Shown one piece after another: positions 1 to 13,291 of a stretch of DNA of 38,312 nt. The notes beneath the pieces were generated by a model. It saw only the letters and a program-made list of their open reading frames with translations, was not told the origin of the DNA and searched no databases. Position numbers and translations under genes: made by a program. Source of the DNA: Nemertoderma westbladi (lineage: Eukaryota; Animalia; Xenacoelomorpha); contig JAUCBJ010002881.1 in NCBI GenBank assembly GCA_032718475.1, positions 1-38,312 of the forward strand, read 5' to 3'. The first letter of the stretch is position 1. Every line of letters begins with the position of its first letter.

Positions 1-57
1 TCTAGAAGACATTCTAATTTGGCGGGTTAAACTGCCAAAGGTCTGAAAGCGCGAACA
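1..57 (-). mobile_element. Terminus of a second copy of the unclassified element at 12181-13291 (runs off the window)
   Basis: Reverse complement of 19-57 (tgttcgcgctttcagacctttggcagtttaacccgccaa) closely matches 12181-12220 (tgttcgcgcttttagaccttttagcagtttaacctgccaa); similarity stops at 57, where the satellite phase (gtatctctcccat) begins. Confidence 0.8.
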
Positions 58-3000
58 GTATCTCTCCCATTTTTGGTCTCGGAGTTCCGTATCTCCCCCA
101 TTTTTAGTCTCGGAGTTCCGTATCTCCCCCATTTTTGGTCTCAGAGTTCCGTATCTCCCCCATTTTTAGTCTCGGAGTTCCGTATATCCCCCCCCCATTT
201 TTTGTCTCAGAGTTCCGTATCTCTCCCATTTTTGGTCTCGGAGTTCCGTATCTCCCCCATTTTTAGTCTCAGAGTTCCGTATACCCCCCCATTTTTAGTC
301 TCAGAGTTCCGTATCTCCCCCATTTTTAGTCTCAGAGTTCCGTATCTCTCCCATTTTTAGTCTCGTAGTTCCGTATCTCCCCCCCCATTTTTGGTCTCGG
401 AGTTCCGTATCTCCCCCATTTTTAGTCTCAGAGTTCCGTATACCCCCCCATTTTTAGTCTCAGAGTTCCGTATCTCCCCCATTTTTAGTCTCGTAGTTCC
501 GTATCTCCCCCCCCATTTTTAGTCTCAGAGTTCCGTATCTCCCCCATTTTTAGTCTCGTAGTTCCGTATCTCCCCCCCCCATTTTTAGTCTCGGAGTTCC
601 GTATCTCCCCCCCCCTTTTGCGTCTCAGAGTTCCGTATATCCCCCCATTTTTGGTCTCAGAGTTCCGTATCTCCCCCATTTTTAGTCTCAGAGTTCCGTA
701 TCTCCCCCATTTTTAGTCTCGTAGTTCCGTATATCCCCCCATTTTTGGTCTCAGAGTTCCGTATCTCCCCCATTTTTAGTCTCAGAGTTCCGTATCTCTC
801 CCATTTTTAGTCTCGTAGTTCCGTATCTCCCCCCCCATTTTTAGTCTCGGAGTTCCGTATCTCCCCCCATTTTTGGTCTCAGAGTTCCGTATCTCTCCCA
901 TTTTTAGTCTCGTAGTTCCGTATCTCCCCCATTTTTAGTCTCGTAGTTCCGTATCTCCCCCCCCATTTTTAGTCTCGTAGTTCCGTATATCCCCCCATTT
1001 TTGGTCTCGGAGTTCCGTATCTCCCCCATTTTTAGTCTCGGAGTTCCGTATCTCCCCCATTTTTGGTCTCAGAGTTCCGTATCTCCCCCATTTTTAGTCT
1101 CGTAGTTCCGTATATCCCCCCATTTTTGGTCTCAGAGTTCCGTATCTCCCCCATTTTTAGTCTCAGAGTTCCGTATCTCTCCCATTTTTAGTCTCGTAGT
1201 TCCGTATCTCCCCCCCCATTTTTAGTCTCGGAGTTCCGTATCTCCCCCATTTTTAGTCTCAGAGTTCCGTATCTCCCCCATTTTTAGTCTCAGAGTTCCG
1301 TATCTCCCCCATTTTTAGTCTCGTAGTTCCGTATATCCCCCCATTTTTGGTCTCGGAGTTCCGTATCTCCCCCATTTTTAGTCTCAGAGTTCCGTATCTC
1401 CCCCATTTTTAGTCTCAGAGTTCCGCATCTCCCCCTAATTCGTCATCTCAGAGTTCCGTATATCCCCCCATTTTTGGTCTCAGAGTTCCGTATCTCCCCC
1501 ATTTTTGGTCTCAGAGTTCCGTATCTCCCCCATTTTTAGTCTCGTAGTTCCGTATATCCCCCATTTTTAGTCTCGTAGTTCCGTATATCCCCCCATTTTT
1601 GGTCTCAGAGTTCCGTATCTCCCCCATTTTTAGTCTCAGAGTTCCGTATCTCCCCCATTTTTAGTCTCGTAGTTCCGTATCTCCCCCATTTTTAGTCTCG
1701 TAGTTCCGTATATCCCCCCATTTTTGGTCTCAGAGTTCCGTATCTCCCCCATTTTTAGTCTCAGAGTTCCGTATCTCTCCCATTTTTAGTCTCGTAGTTC
1801 CGTATATCCCCCCATTTTTGGTCTCAGAGTTCCGTATCTCCCCCATTTTTAGTCTCAGAGTTCCGTATCTCCCCCATTTTTAGTCTCGTAGTTCCGTATC
1901 TCCCCCATTTTTAGTCTCGTAGTTCCGTATCTCCCCCATTTTTAGTCTCGTAGTTCCGTATCTCCCCCCCCATTTTTAGTCTCGTAGTTCCGTATATCCC
2001 CCCATTTTTGGTCTCGGAGTTCCGTATCTCCCCCATTTTTAGTCTCGGAGTTCCGTATCTCCCCCATTTTTGGTCTCAGAGTTCCGTATCTCCCCCATTT
2101 TTAGTCTCGTAGTTCCGTATATCCCCCCATTTTTGGTCTCAGAGTTCCGTATCTCCCCCATTTTTAGTCTCAGAGTTCCGTATCTCTCCCATTTTTAGTC
2201 TCGTAGTTCCGTATCTCCCCCCCCATTTTTAGTCTCGGAGTTCCGTATCTCCCCCATTTTTAGTCTCAGAGTTCCGTATCTCCCCCATTTTTAGTCTCAG
2301 AGTTCCGTATCTCCCCCATTTTTAGTCTCGTAGTTCCGTATATCCCCCCATTTTTGGTCTCGGAGTTCCGTATCTCCCCCATTTTTAGTCTCAGAGTTCC
2401 GTATCTCCCCCATTTTTAGTCTCAGAGTTCCGCATCTCCCCCTATTCGTATCTCAGAGTTCCGTATATCCCCCCATTTTTGGTCTCAGAGTTCCGTATCT
2501 CCCCCATTTTTGGTCTCAGAGTTCCGTATCTCCCCCATTTTTAGTCTCGTAGTTCCGTATATCCCCCATTTTTAGTCTCGTAGTTCCGTATATCCCCCCA
2601 TTTTTGGTCTCAGAGTTCCGTATCTCCCCCATTTTTAGTCTCAGAGTTCCGTATCTCTCCCATTTTTAGTCTCGTAGTTCCGTATATCCCCCCATTTTTG
2701 GTCTCAGAGTTCCGTATCTCCCCCATTTTTAGTCTCGGAGTTCCGTATCTCTCCCATTTTTAGTCTCGTAGTTCCGTATCTCCCCCATTTTTAGTCTCGT
2801 AGTTCCGTATCTCCCCCATTTTTAGTCTCGTAGTTCCGTATCTCCCCCATTTTTAGTCTCGTAGTTCCGTATCTCCCCCATTTTTAGTCTCAGAGTTCCG
2901 TATCTCCCCCCATTTTTAGTCTCGTAGTTCCGTATCTCCCCCCATTTTTGGTCTCAGAGTTCCGTATCTCCCCCATTTTTAGTCTCAGAGTTCCGTATCT

Positions 3001-6000
3001 CCCCCATTTTTAGTCTCGTAGTTCCGTATATCCCCCCATTTTTGGTCTCAGAGTTCCGTATCTCCCCCATTTTTAGTCTCGGAGTTCCGTATCTCCCCCA
3101 TTTTTAGTCTCAGAGTTCCGTATCTCCCCCATTTTTAGTCTCGTAGTTCCGTATATCCCCCCATTTTTGGTCTCAGAGTTCCGTATCTCCCCCATTTTTA
3201 GTCTCGGAGTTCCGTATCTCCCCCATTTTTGGTCTCAGAGTTCCGTATCTCCCCCATTTTTAGTCTCGGAGTTCCGTATATCCCCCCCATTTTTAGTCTC
3301 AGAGTTCCGTATCTCCCCCATTTTTAGTCTCAGAGTTCCGTATCTCCCCCCCCATTTTTGGTCTCAGAGTTCCGTATCTCCCCCCATTTTTGGTCTCAGA
3401 GTTCCGTATCTCCCCCATTTTTAGTCTCGGAGTTCCGTATATCCCCCATTTTTGTCTCAGAGTTCCGTATCTCCCCCATTTTTAGTCTCAGAGTTCCGTA
3501 TCTCCCCCATTTTTGGTCTCGAGTTCCGTATCCCCCCATTTTTGGTCTCAGAGTTCCGTATCTCCCCCATTTTTGGTCTCAGAGTTCCGTATCTCCCCCA
3601 TTTTTGGTCTCAGAGTTCCGTATATCCCCCCATTTTTGGTCTCAGAGTTCCGTATCTCCCCCATTTTTAGTCTCGTAGTTCCGTATCTCCCCCCATTTTT
3701 GGTCTCAGAGTTCCGTATCTCCCCCATTTTTGGTCTCAGAGTTCCGTATCTCCCCCCATTTTTAGTCTCGAGTTCCGTATCTCCCCCATTTTTGGTCTCA
3801 GAGTTCCGTATCTCCCCCATTTTTGAGTCTCAGAGTTCCGTATCTCCCCCCATTTTTGGTCTCAGAGTTCCGTATCTCCCCCATTTTTAGTCTCGTAGTT
3901 CCGTATCTCCCCCATTTTTAGTCTCAGAGTTCCGTATCTCCCCCCATTTTTGGTCTCAGAGTTCCGTATCTCCCCCATTTTTGGTCTCAGAGTTCCGTAT
4001 CTCCCCCATTTTTAGTCTCAGAGTTCCGTATCTCCCCCCATTTTTAGTCTCAGAGTTCCGTATCTCCCCCATTTTTGGTCTCAGAGTTCCGTATCTCCCC
4101 CATTTTTGGTCTCGGAGTTCCGTATCTCCCCCATTTTTGGTCTCAGAGTTCCGTATCTCCCCCATTTTTGGTCTCAGAGTTCCGTATCTCCCCCATTTTT
4201 GGTCTCAGAGTTCCGTATCTCCCCCCATTTTTAGTCTCAGAGTTCCGTATCTCCCCCATTTTTGGTCTCAGAGTTCCGTATCTCCCCCATTTTTGTCTCG
4301 AGTTCCGTATCTCCCCCATTTTTGGTCTCAGAGTTCCGTATCTCCCCCATTTTTAGTCTCGTAGTTCCGTATCTCCCCCATTTTTAGTCTCGAGTTCCGT
4401 ATCTCCCCCATTTTTAGTCTCGGAGTTCCGTATCTCCCCCATTTTTAGTCTCGTAGTTCCGTATCTCCCCCATTTTTGGTCTCAGAGTTCCGTATCTCCC
4501 CCATTTTTGGTCTCAGAGTTCCGTATCTCCCCCATTTTTGTCTCAGAGTTCCGTATCTCCCCCATTTTTGGTCTCGAGTTCCGTATCTCCCCCCATTTTT
4601 AGTCTCAGAGTTCCGTATCTCCCCCATTTTTGGTCTCAGAGTTCCGTATCTCCCCCATTTTTAGTCTCGTAGTTCCGTATCTCCCCCATTTTTGGTCTCG
4701 TAGTTCCGTATCTCCCCCATTTTTAGTCTCGAGTTCCGTATCTCCCCCCATTTTTAGTCTCGGAGTTCCGTATCTCCCCCCATTTTTGGTCTCAGAGTTC
4801 CGTATCTCCCCCATTTTTAGTCTCAGAGTTCCGTATCTCCCCCATTTTTGTCTCGAGTTCCGTATCCCCCCATTTTTGGTCTCAGAGTTCCGTATCTCCC
4901 CCATTTTTAGTCTCAGAGTTCCGTATCTCCCCCATTTTTAGTCTCAGAGTTCCGTATCTCCCCCATTTTTGGTCTCAGAGTTCCGTATCTCCCCCATTTT
5001 TAGTCTCGGAGTTCCGTATCTCCCCCATTTTTAGTCTCGTAGTTCCGTATCTCCCCCATTTTTGGTCTCAGAGTTCCGTATCTCCCCCATTTTTAGTCTC
5101 GGAGTTCCGTATCTCCCCCATTTTTAGTCTCGGAGTTCCGTATCTCCCCCATTTTTAGTCTCAGAGTTCCGTATCTCCCCCCATTTTTGGTCTCAGAGTT
5201 CCGTATCTCCCCCATTTTTGGTCTCAGAGTTCCGTATATCCCCCCATTTTTGGTCTCAGAGTTCCGTATCTCCCCCATTTTTGGTCTCAGAGTTCCGTAT
5301 ATCCCCCCATTTTTGTCTCAGAGTTCCGTATCTCCCCCATTTTTGGTCTCAGAGTTCCGTATCTCCCCCATTTTTAGTCTCGGAGTTCCGTATATCCCCC
5401 CATTTTTGGTCTCAGAGTTCCGTATCTCCCCCATTTTTGGTCTCAGAGTTCCGTATCTCCCCCCATTTTTGGTCTCAGAGTTCCGTATCTCCCCCATTTT
5501 TGGTCTCAGAGTTCCGTATCTCCCCCATTTTTAGTCTCGGAGTTCCGTATATCCCCCATTTTTAGTCTCAGAGTTCCGTATCTCCCCCATTTTTGGTCTC
5601 AGAGTTCCGTATCTCCCCCATTTTTGGTCTCAGAGTTCCGTATCTCCCCCCATTTTTGGTCTCAGAGTTCCGTATCTCCCCCATTTTTGGTCTCAGAGTT
5701 CCGTATCTCCCCCCATTTTTGGTCTCAGAGTTCCGTATCTCCCCCATTTTTAGTCTCGGAGTTCCGTATATCCCCCATTTTTAGTCTCGGAGTTCCGTAT
5801 CTCCCCCCATTTTTGGTCTCAGAGTTCCGTATCTCCCCCATTTTTAGTCTCGGAGTTCCGTATATCCCCCATTTTTAGTCTCGAGTTCCGTATTCCCCCA
5901 TTTTTAGTCTCGGGTTCCGTATCCCCCCATTTTTGGTCTCAGAGTTCCGTATCTCCCCCATTTTTAGTCTCGGAGTTCCGTATCTCCCCCATTTTTAGTC

Positions 6001-9000
6001 TCAGAGTTCCGTATCTCCCCCATTTTTAGTCTCGGAGTTCCGTATATCCCCCCATTTTTGGTCTCAGAGTTCCGTATCTCCCCCATTTTTAGTCTCGTAG
6101 TTCCGTATCTCCCCCATTTTTAGTCTCAGAGTTCCGTATCTCCCCCCCCATTTTTGGTCTCAGAGTTCCGTATCTCCCCCATTTTTAGTCTCGGAGTTCC
6201 GTATATCCCCCCCCCCCCATTTTTGGTCTCAGAGTTCCGTATCTCTCCCCATTTTTAGTCTCGGAGTTCCGTATCTCCCCCATTTTTAGTCTCAGAGTTC
6301 CGTATCTCCCCCATTTTTAGTCTCAGAGTTCCGTATCTCCCCCCATTTTTGGTCTCAGAGTTCCGTATTCCCCCCCATTTTTGGTCTCAGAGTTCCGTAT
6401 ATCCCCCCATTTTTGGTCTCAGAGTTCCGTATCTCCCCCATTTTTGGTCTCAGAGTTCCGTATCTCCCCCCATTTTTGGTCTCAGAGTTCCGTATCTCCC
6501 CCATTTTTAGTCTCGGAGTTCCGTATATCCCCCATTTTTAGTCTCGGTGTTCCGTATCTCCCCCATTTTTAGTCTCAGAGTTCCGTATCTCCCCCCCATT
6601 TTTAGTCTCAGAGTTCCGTATCTCCCCCCATTTTTGGTCTCAGAGTTCCGTATCTCCCCCATTTTTGGTCTCAGAGTTCCGTATATCCCCCCATTTTTGT
6701 CTCAGAGTTCCGTATCTCCCCCCCCATTTTTGGTCTCAGAGTTCCGTATCTCCCCCATTTTTAGTCTCAGAGTTCCGTATATCCCCCCATTTTTGGTCTC
6801 AGAGTTCCGTATCTCCCCCATTTTTGGTCTCAGAGTTCCGTATCTCCCCCATTTTTGAGTCTCAGAGTTCCGTATCTCCCCCCCCCATTTTTGGTCTCAG
6901 AGTTCCGTATCTCCCCCATTTTTAGTCTCGGAGTTCCGTATCTCCCCCATTTTTAGTCTCAGAGTTCCGTATCTCCCCCCCATTTTTGGTCTCAGAGTTC
7001 CGTATCTCCCCCCATTTTTGGTCTCAGAGTTCCGTATATCCCCCCATTTTTGGTCTCAGAGTTCCGTATCTCCCCCATTTTTGGTCTCAGAGTTCCGTAT
7101 ATCCCCCCATTTTTGGTCTCAGAGTTCCGTATCTCCCCCATTTTTAGTCTCGGAGTTCCGTATATCCCCCATTTTTAGTCTCGGTGTTCCGTATCCCCCC
7201 CATTTTTGGTCTCAGAGTTCCGTATCTCCCCCATTTTTAGTCTCGAGTTCCGTATCTCCCCCATTTTTAGTCTCGGAGTTCCGTATATCCCCCATTTTTA
7301 GTCTCGGAGTTCCGTATCTCCCCCATTTTTGGTCTCAGAGTTCCGTATCTCCCCCCATTTTTAGTCTCGGAGTTCCGTATCTCCCCCATTTTTAGTCTCA
7401 GAGTTCCGTATCTCCCCCCCATTTTTAGTCTCGGAGTTCCGTATATCCCCCCATTTTTGGTCTCGGAGTTCCGTATCTCCCCCATTTTTAGTCTCGTAGT
7501 TCCGTATCTCCCCCATTTTTAGTCTCAGAGTTCCGTATCTCCCCCCCCATTTTTGGTCTCAGAGTTCCGTATCTCCCCCATTTTTAGTCTCGGAGTTCCG
7601 TATATCCCCCCCCCCCCCATTTTTGGTCTCAGAGTTCCGTATCTCTCCCCCATTTTTAGTCTCGGAGTTCCGTATCTCCCCCATTTTTAGTCTCAGAGTT
7701 CCGTATCTCCCCCATTTTTAGTCTCAGAGTTCCGTATCTCCCCCCATTTTTGGTCTCAGAGTTCCGTATTCCCCCCCATTTTTGGTCTCAGAGTTCCGTA
7801 TATCCCCCCATTTTTGGTCTCAGAGTTCCGTATCTCCCCCATTTTTGGTCTCAGAGTTCCGTATATCCCCCCATTTTTGGTCTCAGAGTTCCGTATCTCC
7901 CCCATTTTTAGTCTCGGAGTTCCGTATCTCCCCCATTTTTAGTCTCGGAGTTCCGTATCTCCCCCATTTTTGGTCTCAGAGTTCCGTATCTCCCCCCCCA
8001 TTTTTAGTCTCAGAGTTCCGTATCTCCCCCCCCATTTTTGGTCTCGGAGTTCCGTATCTCCCCCATTTTTAGTCTCGGAGTTCCGTATATCCCCCATTTT
8101 TAGTCTCGGTGTTCCGTATCTCCCCCATTTTTGGTCTCAGAGTTCCGTATCTCCCCCCCATTTTTGGTCTCAGAGTTCCGTATCTCTCCCATTTTTAGTC
8201 TCGTAGTTCCGTATCTCCCCCCCCCCCATTTTTGGTCTCAGAGTTCCGTATCTCCCCCATTTTTGGTCTCAGAGTTCCGTATCTCCCCCATTTTTAGTCT
8301 CGGAGTTCCGTATATCCCCCCATTTTTGGTCTCAGAGTTCCGTATCTCCCCCATTTTTAGTCTCGGAGTTCCGTATATCCCCCATTTTTAGTCTCGGTGT
8401 TCCGTATCTCCCCCATTTTTGGTCTCAGAGTTCCGTATCTCCCCCCCCATTTTTGGTCTCAGAGTTCCGTATCTCCCCCATTTTTAGTCTCAGAGTTCCG
8501 TATCTCCCCCATTTTTGGTCTCAGAGTTCCGTATCTCCCCCATTTTTAGTCTCGGAGTTCCGTATATCCCCCCATTTTTGGTCTCAGAGTTCCGTATATC
8601 CCCCCATTTTTGGTCTCAGAGTTCCGTATCTCCCCCATTTTTAGTCTCGTAGTTCCGTATATCCCCCCATTTTTGGTCTCAGAGTTCCGTATATCCCCCC
8701 ATTTTTGGTCTCAGAGTTCCGTATCTCCCCCATTTTTAGTCTCGGAGTTCCGTATATCCCCCCATTTTTGGTCTCAGAGTTCCGTATATCCCCCCATTTT
8801 TAGTCTCAGAGTTCCGTATCTCCCCCATTTTTAGTCTCAGAGTTCCGTATCTCCCTCCATTTTTGGTCTCAGAGTTCCGTATATCCCCCATTTTTGGTCT
8901 CAGAGTTCCGTATCTCCCCCATTTTTGGTCTCAGAGTTCCGTATCTCCCCCATTTTTAGTCTCGGAGTTCCGTATCTCCCCCATTTTTGGTCTCGGAGTT

Positions 9001-9429
9001 CCGTATCTCCCCCCCATTTTTGGTCTCAGAGTTCCGTATCTCCCCCCCATTTTTGGTCTCAGAGTTCCGTATATCCCCCCATTTTTGGTCTCGGAGTTCC
9101 GTATCTCCCCCATTTTTGGTCTCGGAGTTCCGTATCTCCCCCCCATTTTTGGTCTCAGAGTTCCGTATCTCCCCCCCATTTTTGGTCTCAGAGTTCCGTA
9201 TATCCCAATATTTTTGGACTCAGAGTTCCATATCCCCCCCCCCCATTTTTTGTCTCAGAGTTCCGTATCTCCCCCATTTTTAGTCTCGTAGTTCCGTATC
9301 TCCCCCCCCATTTTTGGTCTCAGAGTTCCGTATCTCCCCCCCATTTTTGGTCTCAGAGTTCCGTATCTCCCCCCATTTTTGGTCTCAGAGTTCCGTATCT
9401 CCCCCCATTTTTGGTCTCAGAGTTCCGTA
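58..9429. repeat. 31-bp satellite array, about 300 copies, consensus GAGTTCCGTATCTCCCCCATTTTTRGTCTCA
   Basis: Uninterrupted tandem periodicity seen directly; variants ctcagag/ctcggag/ctcgtag, tttttag/tttttgg and variable C-run length. Confidence 0.99.
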
Positions 9430-10217
9430 CCCTATGCTACATACTAGAGAGTGCCATTAAACATTAGTCAACGGGTACCTTAGAATTTATGACACTGCTT
9501 CTGGGGGGCTAACGCCTATCCTCGACAGGTCATTGGTTGGCCGACTGTAGGTTCCCTGAGCGAAATCGGAAGTCACGTGGGAAGGGAGGTAGGCATTTCT
9601 ACTAGAGAGCGCCTGTGGAATCGGATAAGGGTCTTTCGATTACATATCACACAATCGACGAAAGATATCGATCTGGTGACCTTTTCCAGAGGAGTTCCCT
9701 TACAGGACGCCCCTCTTCTCTCTTTAGAAGGTGTGAACACACTGCGCCGAGTTGAACTGTTTGGAATTTTATCATAGACATGCAGTCAAACCTAATTATT
9801 TTTACGTTTTTATTTTTCAAATTAATTCGTGGTTGGATGAGATGATGATAAAAAGTAAAGTTTTGTTCGGCCACGATTACCCCAGATAAGATTAAGATGT
9901 ACTGTATTTCCAGTATGGTTCCCCAGAACTATAATCCCCAGAGGAAACTCCAGTACTCATTTAGCTACCACTTAAGGATGCAAAGCAGAGATAGTAGTAG
10001 TAGTGACGGTTTTGCGGCCCGTCCAGCCTATAATTCAATTTAAATTATTACCATCACAATAATATACTTTATATACACGAACTAAATGTAAACCACGAAC
10101 TATACTAAAGATCTACTTTATTTATATACTGGATATACTTTATAAAACAATAGTACAAAAAAAGTAAGATATAATATATGTATTAACATAAATTTGCATT
10201 ACACGTACTTGTACCGT

Positions 10218-10628
10218 ATTTATTTATTTAGATAGGAAAAAATCAAAAACATTCTCAATATGCTCACACACCATTTTCTTGGTATCATTTAAAAACAGCT
10301 CAGTTAGATTTGTGTACTTAGGTAGATCACATTTTTCGCGAAAACTCTGAGTCAGCGGACATACAGTAGTAAAACAGCATGGGTTTCATCCTGGACACTA
10401 ACGCCGTCACAGCCGCACACACGCTGCTCCCTATGGGTCTGACTCCACCGTCCTGTCTCGATTCTAAGTTTATGGGCCATGACGCGTAACCGGGTGAGAT
10501 GGACTCGTTTATAATCAGGAGTGAAAGGGTTCAGAGAGGAATAAATCGATAGTGCGGTGAGATTAGCATTAATTATCTTACGGTATGTATGAAACTTTGT
10601 CGTTGTTTCTGGTCGATTGAGGATTCTC
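10218..10628 (-). mobile_element. 3' part of a decayed non-LTR retrotransposon (RTEX-like), C-terminal Cys/His region plus (TAAA)n tail
   Basis: Translation HLTRLRVMAHKLRIETGRW..REQRVCGC..VQDETHAVLL(CP) is the typical post-RT C-terminus of such LINEs; tail seen as atttatttattta at 10218-10230. Confidence 0.75.
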
Positions 10629-11107
10629 GATCTTGCTCTTTGAATCTTGGATAGAAACCTTGTCCAACGGGAAATAAAAAAAGCTAAATCTGAATATTTG
10701 TACAACAAAATAAGTGAGAATAAAGATAATCCTAAACGTCTATGGTCTAACCTAAAATCTTTAGGTTATAAAAACCTTAAATCTAAATCGAATATTGTTC
10801 TGCAAGATAACGGTGAGCTGATTCATGATCATACTCTAGTTAGTAATTTATTTAATAATTATTTTACTAATGTTGCCTCTAATTTAGTTAAGAAATTACC
10901 GTTATCAAGTAATAAATAATAAATATAGCATATGGTCCGAAACTCTAAATAATTTTTATTTAGAAAAGTTACAAAATTCAGAAAAGTTATTTTTAAAACC
11001 CGTTTCTGAGGATTTCGTTTTTCAAAATCTACTTAGCCTCTCAGCCTCAAAAAGTACCGGTCTAGACCTAATACCGTTTTCTTAAGGATGGCGCTGAAGT
11101 ACTTAAA

Positions 11108-12066
11108 GTGCCCATTACTTTTATTATTAATTACTCTATCGTAGATAATGTAGTACCAGACGAACTCAAATTTGCTAAGATTGTTCCTCTGTATAAAAAG
11201 AATAGTAAAGTAGAACCCTGTAATTACAGACCTAATTACAGGGTAATAAGAGTAATTACATTACTGATCTTAAGTATTGTATCTAAAATTCTAGAACGTT
11301 CTGTTTTTCTACAGCTGGAAGTACATCTTAGGCTAAATCTGATCTATGAACTTCAGTCCGGTTTTCGTAAATCATATTCTACAGACACCTGCCTTATTAA
11401 CTTAACTGATACAATTATATGTAATAACGCAAAGGGTTTATATACCGGTATGGTAATGTTGGACCTACAAAAGGCTTTCGATACTGTAGATCACGAAATT
11501 CTCCTTGGTAAGTTAGGCCTGATGGGTGTAGGTTCTATAGACTGGTTCAAGTCCTACCTGTCAGACAGAGGTCAAACTGTAGTCATTAGCAAATCGCAGT
11601 CTACTGTACAAGAGATTACCTGTGGTGTACCGCAAGGTAGTACTGTATATTAGCTCATCTGCTTTTTGTATGCTATGTAAATGATATGATAAGTAGTATA
11701 GATCCCGATTTTAAACTCATTTTATATGCCGACGACAGTGCTCTTATTTTATCTCATAAAGATCCTATCCATATTTCCCAAAAGTTAAGTGCAGTTCTAG
11801 AATCCTGTAATGAGTGGTTGGTTGATAATAAGCTATCCATTCACTACGGTAAGACTGAAAGTATTTTGTTTGGTTCCAAAAGAAAGTTAAAGAAGGTAAC
11901 TAAGTTTGAAGTCACTAGTAATGGACATAAGATTGAAAATAAAAAGGAAGTTAAATATTTAGGCGCCACATTGGATAACTGCTTATCAGGAGAAAGTACA
12001 GTGAAAAATATTTTCTCGAAAGTTAACAGTTGGCTTAGGTTTCTATACAGAAATAAAAAAGTTTAA
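11108..12066 (+). pseudogene. LINE reverse transcriptase core, frameshifted at about 11641-11690
   Basis: Two consecutive ORFs (11108-11653, 11686-12066) carry successive RT motifs in different frames. Confidence 0.9.
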
Positions 12067-12180
12067 ACACCGACTCCCGCAAGTTACTTTGCTCTTCTTT
12101 AATACAGTGTCACATGGTCTATGCATGCTCTTCTTGGTATGAAGGCTTAACCAAACAGCTTAAATGTAAATTACAAGTAG

Positions 12181-13291
12181 TGTTCGCGCTTTTAGACCTT
12201 TTAGCAGTTTAACCTGCCAATTTAAATGTATTTTTAATTATGAATCGACTTTGCCCGTACCAATTACCTGGTGTACTGAATTTTCATCCGCCGAAGCCAG
12301 TCCGTGCGCGGCGTATGACCCACGGTGTGGGAGACTGGATTCGAGTTCCAGAGAAAGTTATTGCGGTGTACGCTACTTTGTATTATTCGATTGATCGCTA
12401 CTATATAATTTCCGACAACTATATTTACTTTCGGGGAAATATTAACAGTTCCTTTGGGACGTGGCGCTTTAAGTATAAAAACAGAGTTATGACTTACACT
12501 AATCACAACTAGATGGCTATGGAATCTCGTAAATAGCGCATTCTTTAGGAGATGCTTTATTAACCTTCACACGACTTCACACTACTTCACACTAATTTAC
12601 ACTAATTCACACTAATTTGCCGACCGTCACTGATTTTTATCATATATAAGGAAGATTGCAACTGACACACGTAGGGATTATGAAATAGCATTTAATTTAC
12701 ACAAAAACCACTATAATCTTTGAGTCACAGTTGCTACCGGTAAACCCTTCCTCCGCTTACCTCAGTAATCAAGAAAGTTGAGGGGTTTACGATTATTTAT
12801 CGGTATTCTCCAAATATAACATCCATCAATATAAACAGCAAGTAACACAATATAAAACAGCATTAAAACAGTGCGGTGAACAGTCAGTATGTGTTCATGA
12901 AGTTCAGTGATAACAAATGACAAGTGTATGACCAGTATGAATTGTTAATAGATTTACGTCCTTATAACTCCAGCCATCAGATGTTCTTGGGCTAAAGTCT
13001 GAAACGTCCGTACTTAGTACAGAATTCTGAGAGGAATCTAATTCTCAGAAAAACGATAACTGCGCATGCATCAGTTTCCTCAGGTAGGTCTCTACTGGCA
13101 TAACTGGGAAGATTGCTCTGATTGGCTGAATAAGCTCAAACAAAGGAATCTCCACGCACATAAAGAATCAGCTGACAGATTTCGTCATCTTGGTTCTAAT
13201 TTCTGTCCGACGCGTAGTTGAACAATTTTAGGGCTATTTTAGAGTATTCTGCGCATTGTGTAAAAATGACTTGTTATGTCCGCAAAAGCTT
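12181..13291. mobile_element. Unclassified 1111-bp non-coding insertion with 10-bp TSD and no clear TIRs
   Basis: TTACAAGTAG at 12171-12180 and 13292-13301; removal restores the LINE reading KQLKCKLQVAQNKVVRF; left end repeated at 1-57. Confidence 0.85.
12574..12619. repeat. Short 10-bp tandem repeat (ACTWMTTCAC-like) inside the insertion
   Basis: acttcac actacttcac actaatttac actaattcac actaatttg seen directly. Confidence 0.7.

Noticed and set aside
73-9467. Dozens of ORFs with VSEFRISP/SQSSVSPP repeats
   Set aside because: Translations of the 31-bp satellite in all frames and on both strands; not genes.
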